A stretch of 64,000 nucleotides of DNA from contig CAVZBT010000002.1 of assembly GCA_963773605.1 (NCBI GenBank), positions 277,088 to 341,087 on the forward strand, given 5' to 3'. Made by a program: the position numbers and the translations under genes. The DNA comes from an uncultured Acidobacteriota bacterium (GTDB lineage Bacteria; Acidobacteriota; UBA6911). This document shows, piece after piece, positions 1 to 8,719 of the stretch (position 1 is the stretch's first letter; every line of letters starts with the position of its first letter). Below the pieces are notes generated by a model, which searched no databases, was not told the DNA's origin, and saw only the letters and a program-made list of their open reading frames with translations.

Positions 1-1766
1 GCTTTACTACTACCTCGTCGAAAGCGGCCGTGTCGAAGGCAAGCCGCGCATCATTCACCAGACCTATCTCGGCACTGCCGACAAGATCGCCGCCATGGTT
101 CAGGATCGATCGGCGCCGCTGCCTCTGTCGGCCACTTTCCGGGACTTGGGCCTGCCAGGCGCACTTTGGCTGGCGGCGACCGAGACCGGCGTCTTCGATC
201 TGCTGCAATTGCATTGGCCCGCACCGCGGTCCGGTCCCTCGACTGCCCACTATTTGCTGCTGGCTGCCATGCATCGCATCTGTGAACCGGGGCCCAAGAC
301 GGAGGTGGCTGACTGGTATGAGGGAACCGTCCTGCCGTCGCTGTGGCGCTTTCCTGCCGAGCGTTTCACTTCGCAAGCCTTCTGGGATTGCTTCGACGGG
401 ATTCGGTTGAATCCGACCGGCGCGGAATCTATCGACAAGGACGATCTGGATCGAGCGCAACTGCAGCTTTTGGCCTTGTGGAAAGACAAGCAGATAGTCA
501 GCCGCCACTTGTTGTCCTACGATGCGACGAACTTCTATACCTTCGTATCGTCAACCAACGACCGCAATACGATCGCTCAGCGCGGCCACAACAAACAGGG
601 GCGCCACAATCTCAGACAGGTCGGATTGTCATACGTTCTGGATGGGATGACGGGTCTGTCGCTCTGCCATCATGTTTATCCCGGGAATGTCTCAGATACC
701 GAGGAGTTCTCGACCTCGCTGCCGCGCTTGCTCTATTTCCTCGATGCCAACCAGATTCCGCGCGACACGGTCACGCTGGTGTTCGACAAGGGCTCGGCCG
801 CGCTCTATAACACGCTCGATCTGGATCAGTCGCACGTGGGCTGGATCTCGGCCCTGCCCTGGAATCAGGCGCCGCCGGATTTCCGGGCGATGCCGTTGGG
901 ACAGCTAAAGGCACTCAGCAGCGATCAGCCAGGAATCCAATCTGCGTCCGCGAAGCTCCTGGTTCACGGCAAAGAACGGCTCTGCGTGCTGAAGTATTCC
1001 GCACCGTTTCTGAGTGAGCAGATTCACAGTCTGAGCACCAGCCTGGCCAAGACCACGCAATCGTTGCGGCGGCTCTCAGTGGAACTGCTGAAACCGGACT
1101 GCGGGCTGAAGGAAATTCACATCCGCAATAAAATCAAGCGTTGGCTATCGGCTCAGTTTCTGGATGAGCTGATCCGCTATGACCTCACGCAGGAACGTGG
1201 ACGCTGGAGGCTCCAGTTTGACGTCGATTCCTCGGCGTTCAATCTGTTGATGACACAACGACTCGGCCGGACCGTCCTTATGACCAACCGTATGGATTGG
1301 ACGGAACAACAGGTCATCGATGGCTATGGAGGTCAACAGCAGGTCGAGAAAGTCTTCCGCGGCCTCAAAGACGGCGACTGGCTTGGTTGGGGCCCCATGT
1401 ATCACTGGACCGATAGCAAGATCCGGGTCCACGCTTTTTATTGTATGCTTGGCATCTCACTGCTCGGATATCTGCATTCACAGGCAAAACGTGTGTGTCC
1501 CCAGATCACAGTTGAGCAGATGAAATCCGAACTCGAAGGAATCTACGAATTTGCCCTCCTTTACCCGCCGCAGGGCGAAAAGGGACCGTACCGGACGGCC
1601 ACTGTCCAAAGCAAGCAAACGCTCACGCAGCAAATGCTCTCCGAAGCACTTGGAATCCGGAAGATCAGCGCCGCCAAGGTGGGTAAGACAAAACACAGCC
1701 GCTAATTGGGGCCAGGAGAATCGCTTAGGTGAAACCGCGGTCTCCTCGGCAGTAAACTCCCGCTAG
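1..1766 (+). mobile_element. IS1634-family insertion sequence, right end at ...GTAAACTCCCG|CTAG
   Basis: Transposase plus a short tail, then an abrupt switch at CTAG (1763-1766) into half of a REP unit. Visibly more AT-rich than flanking genes. Left end not in the window. Confidence 0.75.
2..1705 (+). CDS. IS1634-family DDE transposase, 5' end outside the window
   Basis: Frame is open from base 2 (LYYYLVESGRVEGKPRIIHQTYLGTADKI, a typical IS1634 N-terminus). Contains SYDATNFYTF, RGHNKQGRHNLRQVGL, VFDKGS and VEKVFRGLK...PMYHWTDSKIRVHAFYC (D-D-E catalytic motifs). Confidence 0.9.
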   Translation, partial: LYYYLVESGRVEGKPRIIHQTYLGTADKIAAMVQDRSAPLPLSATFRDLGLPGALWLAATETGVFDLLQLHWPAPRSGPSTAHYLLLAAMHRICEPGPKTEVADWYEGTVLPSLWRFPAERFTSQAFWDCFDGIRLNPTGAESIDKDDLDRAQLQLLALWKDKQIVSRHLLSYDATNFYTFVSSTNDRNTIAQRGHNKQGRHNLRQVGLSYVLDGMTGLSLCHHVYPGNVSDTEEFSTSLPRLLYFLDANQIPRDTVTLVFDKGSAALYNTLDLDQSHVGWISALPWNQAPPDFRAMPLGQLKALSSDQPGIQSASAKLLVHGKERLCVLKYSAPFLSEQIHSLSTSLAKTTQSLRRLSVELLKPDCGLKEIHIRNKIKRWLSAQFLDELIRYDLTQERGRWRLQFDVDSSAFNLLMTQRLGRTVLMTNRMDWTEQQVIDGYGGQQQVEKVFRGLKDGDWLGWGPMYHWTDSKIRVHAFYCMLGISLLGYLHSQAKRVCPQITVEQMKSELEGIYEFALLYPPQGEKGPYRTATVQSKQTLTQQMLSEALGIRKISAAKVGKTKHSR

Positions 1767-2010
1767 GCGCCGACCTTGCGCAGCCGCCTGCCGGTCCAGC
1801 CAACGCCAGACAGCGGTGCCGAGGCACCGCACTCCATACTCTGGAGTGCGGCGGCTCGACGCCGCTTTGGTGGCGGCGCCTGGGCGCCGCCCCTATTCGG
1901 CCGAAGATGCGGATAAAGTTCAGGCGTGCTGCCGCACTTGGTTGCGCTGTGTCACTTCGGCCGCGATTCCGGCGGTGAAGGGCGGCGTCGAGCCGCCGCA
2001 CTCCAAATTG
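1763..2010. repeat. REP-like family A (TGGAGTGCGG...CCGCACTCCA) cluster, first unit truncated by the IS
   Basis: 1763-1836 matches the reverse complement of half the 117-bp unit at 24148. 1842-2010 resembles 53093-53245. Confidence 0.85.
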
Positions 2011-2051
2011 TGCTGTGTCGCGGCCGGCGAGGCTCCGCACGACATTCCGGA

Positions 2052-3668
2052 TCAGCGAGCGCCAGGGCGCGAGATCCTTTCGGGGGTCGCCGGATGCTCA
2101 ATGGCGAGCCCCGCGTAGACACGGCGCGCCTCGGCGAAGAACGAGAGCATTGCGGCGCGATGCTCCGGGGCCTTGAAACGGGTTTCCTTCCGGTAATAGT
2201 CCATCTCCCGGTCGATCCAGCGGAGAAAATAGCGGGCCTCATCGGCGACGACGGGGGATTTTCCGTCGACCTGGACGTAGACGGGGCTGGTGTGGGCAAA
2301 GTGGATGGTCGAGGAGGGGCGTTCGAAACAGCGGGCTGCAAGCCAGCCGCTTTCATCGGTGTTCAGGGTGAAGGCAGCCATTAGCCTGCCCGTGGCATCG
2401 GGCTCGAGCACGGTCTTTACGACCCTTCCCTTGAAGACAATCTCCAGCCGGTCCTGCGGACCGGCGCTCGCAGCCTCGGCTTCGATCCGCAGCGATCCTG
2501 GCCTTCCGGGCTCGATCCTGATGGTGCTGCCGGGTTCGTTTTCATTGACACGCAGGAAGAGCATCGGGCCGTTCGTCCCGAAACTGCGCCCCGCTTTTGC
2601 CGCTCGGAACCAGCTCTCATAACTGAACCGGCCTTCGGGTTTCGCGTACATGCGGTTATAGCCGAGCGGCGCGGCTTTGACGCCCGAGGCGCTGCCCGCG
2701 GACAGGGCGATGCGGAATCCACAGTTCAGGAGCCGGTAGTACACATCCATGCTCCACAGTGGCATGCCCGCCACCGTGCTGTATTCCGGCTTCTCCTTCG
2801 GGATCATGCCCCACGCGTCGGTCTCCAGCTCGACGCCATGACGGTTGAAATGGTTGTGAACGATCCCGGCAAAATCAAGGTGGCCGAGCGCGGCGAGGGC
2901 CGCGGCGTCGCGCCAGACGATTTTTTCCGCGTCGACATAGCCTCCCTGCCCGTGTGCCAGTCGGCAGAAATGGTCGTTCGGCGGCCAGAGGCGGTCGCCA
3001 ACGAAAGGGATGATCGTCTTGAGGGCGAGGAGGTCCACAGCGCCCGGGCCCCATTCGAGGCGCTCCACCTCCTTGTCCAACAGACTGAAGACGTGTGTCG
3101 GGTCCACAACGCGGACGGCGTCACCGGTCTGCGGTGGGTGCGATATCGGCTTGTCTTCCCAGATCCAATCGGTCAGGGTCGGCGTCAGGTTCAGATCTTC
3201 CGCAAGGAGCAGGGACGGCATTTCTTCGAACTTACGGTGGTTGTGAAGATCCGCCGAATACCAGCCCCGCTGGTTCATCGAGATCCATCGCTCCGGCCTG
3301 GCCTCGACTGTTCGGGTGTCCCCTTCCTCCAGGCTCAACGAGGTATTCCAGGGACGGAATTCCGGGCCCTTTTCCACTCCGAGGGAGTACGGACCGGGCG
3401 GCAACTCGATGTCGAACTCGCCGAGCGTAATAAAATGATGCTCCTGCTGCTTGTCGTACACGGGACTGCCGGCCGGTACCTGCAGGTTTCCTTTCGCGTC
3501 CGTCAGGTAGACCCGTGCCGGAAGGGGCCGGCCCCCCTCCGCGTCGAGAATGCGGACATGCAACCGGCAGGTCCCCTGGGCGGGCGTCCGCGAACGGCCG
3601 AGGGGGACGATGAACGCTGCGAAGATGAACAGGACCACACACCTGACGCTACACCACGGTTTGTTCAT
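2052..3668 (-). CDS. CehA/McbA-family (PHP-like) metallohydrolase, secreted
   Basis: Signal peptide, beta-sandwich N-domain, WYSADLHNH, YYRLLNCGFRIALSAGSASG, GRSFGTNGP, AHTSPVYV. Confidence 0.75.
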   Translation of the reverse strand: MNKPWCSVRCVVLFIFAAFIVPLGRSRTPAQGTCRLHVRILDAEGGRPLPARVYLTDAKGNLQVPAGSPVYDKQQEHHFITLGEFDIELPPGPYSLGVEKGPEFRPWNTSLSLEEGDTRTVEARPERWISMNQRGWYSADLHNHRKFEEMPSLLLAEDLNLTPTLTDWIWEDKPISHPPQTGDAVRVVDPTHVFSLLDKEVERLEWGPGAVDLLALKTIIPFVGDRLWPPNDHFCRLAHGQGGYVDAEKIVWRDAAALAALGHLDFAGIVHNHFNRHGVELETDAWGMIPKEKPEYSTVAGMPLWSMDVYYRLLNCGFRIALSAGSASGVKAAPLGYNRMYAKPEGRFSYESWFRAAKAGRSFGTNGPMLFLRVNENEPGSTIRIEPGRPGSLRIEAEAASAGPQDRLEIVFKGRVVKTVLEPDATGRLMAAFTLNTDESGWLAARCFERPSSTIHFAHTSPVYVQVDGKSPVVADEARYFLRWIDREMDYYRKETRFKAPEHRAAMLSFFAEARRVYAGLAIEHPATPERISRPGAR

Positions 3669-3706
3669 CGCCGGGAAACCTCCACGTTTTTCACTGAGGC
3701 TCGAGG

Positions 3707-4666
3707 CTATTCCTCAAACTTGAGCTGGTGGGCATCGCACTCTGAACCGGTGGCGATGGCCAGTTCGCCGTAGAGATCGGGGCGGCGAGCGCGCAGCCAG
3801 AGCCGTCCGGTCGCCTGGTCCAGCAGCGAGGCGTCAAGATCCGCAACGACCATGTCGTCACCGGCCTTCCCGGTCTCGGCCAGGATCCGCCCATAGGGAT
3901 CCAGGATCATCGCGTTGCCTGTCCGGATCTCGTCGTCGTCGATCCCCACACCGTTGCTGAAGACCAGGAAGAGGCCGTTGTCGTGCGCGCGGCTCGGCAG
4001 CCAGCGCATCAGCCAACCCCTGCCCTTCTCGCCCCGCAGTTCCCGCTCGATCGTCCCCGGGTCGTCATGGCGGTTCTCCCAGACAGCGCGGTCGATAACG
4101 CCCATCAGGTGGGGGTTCCGCGTCCGGCAGCCGCCGGTCTGGTGCGGGGCCAGCAGCACCTCGGCGCCGCGCAGCGCGGCAATCCGGACATTCTCGACAA
4201 TGTTGACGTCGTAGCAGATGAGCAGGCCGGCGCGGAAGCCGTGCGGCGTGTCAAAGACCGTGTACTCGGTCCCGGGGTGGACCGCGGGATGCTCGAACGC
4301 GTGGAGCTTGCGGTGGCGCACGAGCGAATTGTCGGGCATGGCCACCACATAGGTGTTGTGAAAGATGCCGTCCCGAGCCGACTCGAGCAGGCCGGCGCCC
4401 ACGCTGATGCCGTGTCGCACGGCGAGGGCGCGCAACCTGCCGCAGCTCGGGCCATCCGGCACGGGTTCGGCAAGCAGCGTCAGCTGCGGCACCGTCAGGT
4501 TGCGCAGGAACCAGTAGCCGGTCACACAGCACTCCGGAAAGACCACCATGGCAGCGCCCCGGCCGGCCGCCTCCCTGGTAAACCGCTCGACCTTTTCAAA
4601 ATTCGCCTGCTTGTCTCCCGCGGCGCTCTCGAACTGCACGCTGGCAACCCGGACATCCCTCATCAC
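3707..4666 (-). CDS. Carbon-nitrogen hydrolase (nitrilase superfamily)
   Basis: E-K-C triad: VFPECC, HRKLH, LICYD. Also SRAHDNG. Confidence 0.9.
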   Translation of the reverse strand: MMRDVRVASVQFESAAGDKQANFEKVERFTREAAGRGAAMVVFPECCVTGYWFLRNLTVPQLTLLAEPVPDGPSCGRLRALAVRHGISVGAGLLESARDGIFHNTYVVAMPDNSLVRHRKLHAFEHPAVHPGTEYTVFDTPHGFRAGLLICYDVNIVENVRIAALRGAEVLLAPHQTGGCRTRNPHLMGVIDRAVWENRHDDPGTIERELRGEKGRGWLMRWLPSRAHDNGLFLVFSNGVGIDDDEIRTGNAMILDPYGRILAETGKAGDDMVVADLDASLLDQATGRLWLRARRPDLYGELAIATGSECDAHQLKFEE

Positions 4667-4699
4667 CGTTTCCCCTTCCTGGTGCAGCGCTTGCGCGGC

Positions 4700-5827
4700 C
4701 TAACGCAGGGCGCGCAGCCGGTCCACTTTCGACTTCACGATCAACAACGCCAGATCGGCCGTGCTGAGCTTGCCGCGTGCCCGGGCCAGCTGGATGGCTG
4801 TGCGGATCCCGTCTTTCGGTACCTTCGGCTGTTCCGACGCGGGTTTGCGCTCCAGCACGAGCGAACCCGTCGGGCACGTCGAAACGCAGAGGCCGCAACC
4901 GATGCAGCGGTCGCGGTTCAGGTCAATCGCCCCGGTCTCGAGCCGCAGCGCATCCATCTGGCAGCGGTCGATGCAGGTACCGCAGCCGCTGCACGAGTCG
5001 GCCGAGACCGCAGCCACAAACGGTGACGAGACCAGCGTCGCGGGTTTGGCATAGGCCTTGATGCTGCGGAGCACGCCGCAGCAGCACCCGCAGCAGCAAC
5101 AGATATTCATGGCCGCCTGGCTGTTGCCGGGCTGAAGCACCAGCCCCGCATCGTCCGCGCGCGCGAGAATCTCGAGCGCCTCGCGGCGATCGATAAGACG
5201 TCCCAACCCGTTGCGCTCATAGAGATCGGCTCCCGTGTCGAACACGAGGCACGCTTCTTCGAGAGCGCTGCAAGCCTCTCCCGCGATGCGCCGCTCCCGC
5301 CGGCAGATGCAGGGGGCCACGAGAAACTTTTTCGCCTTTCCGATCAACTCTTCCGCCTTCTCATAGGGAAGGACGGTCAGCTGTGGGTCGAGGCTGCGGT
5401 TGACCGGGATCGTGCGCAGCTGAGGGAACTTCAGGGCTTCGCGAGCCAGGGTGGGCAGGTATTCGTTGAAGTCGCGGATGAGCTCAGGATCGAGATCGTT
5501 CAGATGGAACTCCCAGATCCCGATGACAAACTGGGCGGCGGCGTACTGGACGGCGCCCGACGGCTGCGTCAACGCCATTATGAGACCCTTGCGTCCCATG
5601 TCCGACAGGCGTCTGCGGGCATCGTCCCGGCTGATGTCCGCACGCCGGGCGATTACACGCGCCTCCTCGGGAATGAGACTGACATGCAGGGCAAGTTCGG
5701 CCTCGTCGGGCGAGAACATTCTCCGCAGGATCCGCAGCTCTACACCGCTGTCGGTCGCGGGGAATCCTCCGGGCAAATTGTCGAGATGCTGGGCGAGTTT
5801 CGAGTAAACGTCCGTTTTGTTTTTCAT
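4700..5827 (-). CDS. Fe-S protein with N-terminal HTH-like region and C-terminal 2x[4Fe-4S] ferredoxin domain
   Basis: CICRR, NICCCCGCCCGVL, CSGCGTCIDRCQ, CIGCGLCVSTCP. Start taken at MKNKTD. Confidence 0.8.
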   Translation of the reverse strand: MKNKTDVYSKLAQHLDNLPGGFPATDSGVELRILRRMFSPDEAELALHVSLIPEEARVIARRADISRDDARRRLSDMGRKGLIMALTQPSGAVQYAAAQFVIGIWEFHLNDLDPELIRDFNEYLPTLAREALKFPQLRTIPVNRSLDPQLTVLPYEKAEELIGKAKKFLVAPCICRRERRIAGEACSALEEACLVFDTGADLYERNGLGRLIDRREALEILARADDAGLVLQPGNSQAAMNICCCCGCCCGVLRSIKAYAKPATLVSSPFVAAVSADSCSGCGTCIDRCQMDALRLETGAIDLNRDRCIGCGLCVSTCPTGSLVLERKPASEQPKVPKDGIRTAIQLARARGKLSTADLALLIVKSKVDRLRALR

Positions 5828-5894
5828 GGTATGGCCCCCACACTCAGGGCATGCTTGCTCCAAGCGGGGCAGAATACCAGAAAAATTTCAGTCG

Positions 5895-6021
5895 GTGGGC
5901 CGCGTCGGCTTAGCGGGCCACGCCGGTGCGCCGCAGCCCGCGGATCCGTTTCATTCCGTGGTTTTCTCCATTCTCTCCGGCTGTAGCTCATTCCCGGCTG
6001 GGGCGGGCAGACCCCGCCCAC
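5895..6021. repeat. REP-like family B composite element (GTGGG...CCCAC)
   Basis: GTGGGCCGCGTCGGCT...CGGCTGTAGCTCATT...GACCCCGCCCAC, similar to 15842-16029 and 40405-40515. Confidence 0.7.
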
Positions 6022-7366
6022 CTGCACGGCCCGCGAAGGTGAAGGGGAGAAGCGTGGCCACCTCGTCAAATTTTCTCTGGAGTTCGTCCCACGTGCCGGC
6101 GCACAGGTTCACCAGGGCAAAGCGATAGCTCTCGTCATCCTGCAACTCGTCTGACAGCCGCTCGCCTTCCTTCACCAGGACTTCGACGAACGCACCCGGG
6201 AGTTTCGCTCTCAGCCGATCGAGGTCGTCGGGCGTGGGAACGCCCGTGACGAGGCCATCTTCGAAGCGCCGCAGGACAAAGCTCGTCGACACGCCGTTGC
6301 AGGCCCGTCCGGCTTGCCAGGCGTCGCGGCCCCCGGGATCGCGCCCCAGGCCCAGCTCGAGTTGCATGGCATACATGTCGATACCGCGCAGCATGCGATA
6401 CAAGGGGGCGAACTGGGACGCCATGCGGCCGTTGATCTCGATGATCCAAATCGAGTCATCTTCCCGCCGGTAGAAGAACTCGAGGTTGAAGAATGTCCGA
6501 TCGAGCCCGATGTGCCGGATGACCCGCTCCGCGATCCGGCCCATGCGCTCCTGCACACGGCGGGGCAGGCGGGACGGGTAATCGAACCGCTCAAACGACA
6601 GGGTGCCGGGGAAGAAGACGGAATCCACCACTCCGAGAAGCACAACCTTCCCGCCGTGGGCGTAACCGTCTACCGTGACTTGCTGCCCCGCGAGCAACTC
6701 TTCCAGGATCAGGGCAGATGCCGGAACACGGCGATACTGTCCGGTGAGTGGCGACGCCTCGACGAGCGCATCGAACATACGGGCGACCTGTCCCAGGCGC
6801 CGCGGAGCTTCGAGCCGCACCCGGGTCAAGTCCCGGATGGTGTCCAGGCGACGCGCCAGGATGGAGAGGTAAGACTTCACGGGTTTGACGAACACCGGGA
6901 ACGGCAAATGGATGTCGACCGGCGCGAGCGGCCGCGCCGTGTCGACCACGAGGAATCGCGGGGTGGCCTCCGGCGCGGCCTCCCGCTGGCGCATCCGCGA
7001 ATAGTACTTGTGCTGGCACAGAAACAGCGATTCGAAGGAGGGGGCTGAGAAGTCGAAGTCCGCTGCGGCCAGGGCCGCCAGCATACAGGCCGGGAAGTCG
7101 TCTATTCCCACGACCCCCTGGAACTCGTTGCGCCGGCTCCGGATCTCGCAGACGGTTTCGTTCAGGAACCGCACTGCGTCGAAGCCCGCGGCGCGCGTGG
7201 CTTCGTCCGTTCCCCGAAATTCCAGGGCATACTTCGCCCGGATTTCCGGCCGGGAGAGATGAAACCTGTCCCGGGCGGTCGGGCAAATTACGAGCAGGCT
7301 GCGGTCCGGGCCACCGGAACGGCTCTCGGCTGCTCGAGTGCGACGTTCGTCCTCGATACAGGACAC
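5951..7366 (-). CDS. ATP-grasp domain protein
   Basis: QHKYYSR, FPVFVKPVKS, ILEELLAG, FFNLEFFY, IIEINGRM. Confidence 0.85.
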   Translation of the reverse strand: MSCIEDERRTRAAESRSGGPDRSLLVICPTARDRFHLSRPEIRAKYALEFRGTDEATRAAGFDAVRFLNETVCEIRSRRNEFQGVVGIDDFPACMLAALAAADFDFSAPSFESLFLCQHKYYSRMRQREAAPEATPRFLVVDTARPLAPVDIHLPFPVFVKPVKSYLSILARRLDTIRDLTRVRLEAPRRLGQVARMFDALVEASPLTGQYRRVPASALILEELLAGQQVTVDGYAHGGKVVLLGVVDSVFFPGTLSFERFDYPSRLPRRVQERMGRIAERVIRHIGLDRTFFNLEFFYRREDDSIWIIEINGRMASQFAPLYRMLRGIDMYAMQLELGLGRDPGGRDAWQAGRACNGVSTSFVLRRFEDGLVTGVPTPDDLDRLRAKLPGAFVEVLVKEGERLSDELQDDESYRFALVNLCAGTWDELQRKFDEVATLLPFTFAGRAGGRGLPAPAGNELQPERMEKTTE

Positions 7367-7367
7367 T

Positions 7368-8450
7368 TCAGTGTCGATCGCCGGGCTCTACGGGGACCAG
7401 GGAGCCAAACAAGCCGTGCTGCTCGTCGGACGGGCCCGCCGTGAAGAAGAGAACATCCCTCGGTCCGGCGGCGGCGCCGTTGCCAAAGCCGAGGCCCCAC
7501 AACCCTTCGATCTCAATCGGCGCGCCCCGCTCGCTGTGCAGCGGGCCGCGCTGCTGGAATTCCCCCTGGCCGTTCAGCTTCGTAGGGTCGAAGGCGTGGA
7601 TGCGGCCGTCGCCGAAATTGCCCACCAGCAGGTCCCCGCTGAACCTCCCGAAGCCATCGGGCGCGAGCGCCAGGCCCCAGGGCGAGTTCAGAGGTCCCTT
7701 GGAGGCAACGCGTCCGAGCAGGTTGCCGGCTGTGTCGAAGGCATTGATAAAGCCATGACCTTCGCCCGGCACGTCGTCCTCCTTGTCCGCATCCTGCAGA
7801 GCATAGGTGACGAAAATCATCCCTCCGATGTTCTGAATCCCGAACGGCGCGTACCCCTCCGGGATGGAAGGGTCGGCGAAGCCGCCCGGAACCGGGCTGA
7901 AAGTGCTGTCGAAAACGTCCACGGTTCCGGCGCGGAAGTTCGTGGCAAAGAGAAAATCGCCGGAAAGCGTCGAGGCCAGCGCCAGCCCCTTGTACACGGC
8001 CCCGCCGGGCGAGTTGTCCACGGCCACGAAGGCCATGGTGTTTGTCCCGGAGAACGAGTTCCAGCCCGAGATCGTCCCGTCTTCGCTGGCGAAAATAAAC
8101 CGGGCCGGGGCTTGAACCGACCCGTTGGAGACGACGAAGCCGCTGCCCCCACTGGAAACGATTCCTGTTGGGGCACCCGGCACCGTCACCGTCAGCGCCA
8201 ATTTCGCCCCGGTATTGCCGTTGTACAGGGTGGACAGACCCGTGGCGTTGTCGGCAATCCACCACGGCGAAGTAGCGGTCGCCACAAGGCCCCATGAGTT
8301 TACCAGCGCCGAGTCGATCAGATCTGCAGGCACGGCTCCGTCGGAGACCAGATTGTGCTGGGTGTAAAAAGGCGTTTCGCCGGGCTGCGAAGCACCCAGC
8401 CACACTACGCAGGACATCACTAACGTTGCGGCCATTGCGACCTTGCGCAT
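7368..8450 (-). CDS. TIGR03118-family secreted protein
   Basis: YTQHNLVSD, LVNSWGL, PWWIADN, FASEDGTISGWN, GYAPFGIQ, LNSPWG, LLVGNFGDG, FFTAGP.DE.HGLFG. Start at MRKVAM. Confidence 0.85.
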   Translation of the reverse strand: MRKVAMAATLVMSCVVWLGASQPGETPFYTQHNLVSDGAVPADLIDSALVNSWGLVATATSPWWIADNATGLSTLYNGNTGAKLALTVTVPGAPTGIVSSGGSGFVVSNGSVQAPARFIFASEDGTISGWNSFSGTNTMAFVAVDNSPGGAVYKGLALASTLSGDFLFATNFRAGTVDVFDSTFSPVPGGFADPSIPEGYAPFGIQNIGGMIFVTYALQDADKEDDVPGEGHGFINAFDTAGNLLGRVASKGPLNSPWGLALAPDGFGRFSGDLLVGNFGDGRIHAFDPTKLNGQGEFQQRGPLHSERGAPIEIEGLWGLGFGNGAAAGPRDVLFFTAGPSDEQHGLFGSLVPVEPGDRH

Positions 8451-8719
8451 GACACACTCCTCCCCATGTTCGCGGGTAGCGCATACTACACGCTCCCATT
8501 CCGCTGCCGAATTGCGAATCGAGCTCTTCAGGGGGTTAGTGCAAGTTATAGTCCCCGGCTGACCGGCGGTCAAGTTGCTGACCTCGAATACCCGAAGGCG
8601 GTCCGCCGGCCGTTGCAGGCCCACCAGGTCGGTGTCCCCCCTCGGCGCATGTCGGCGTGCTCGACGCGACGATGCCAGGCGGGGAGGCTCACGACCGCCG
8701 ACGATCGCGGGCCGACGGG

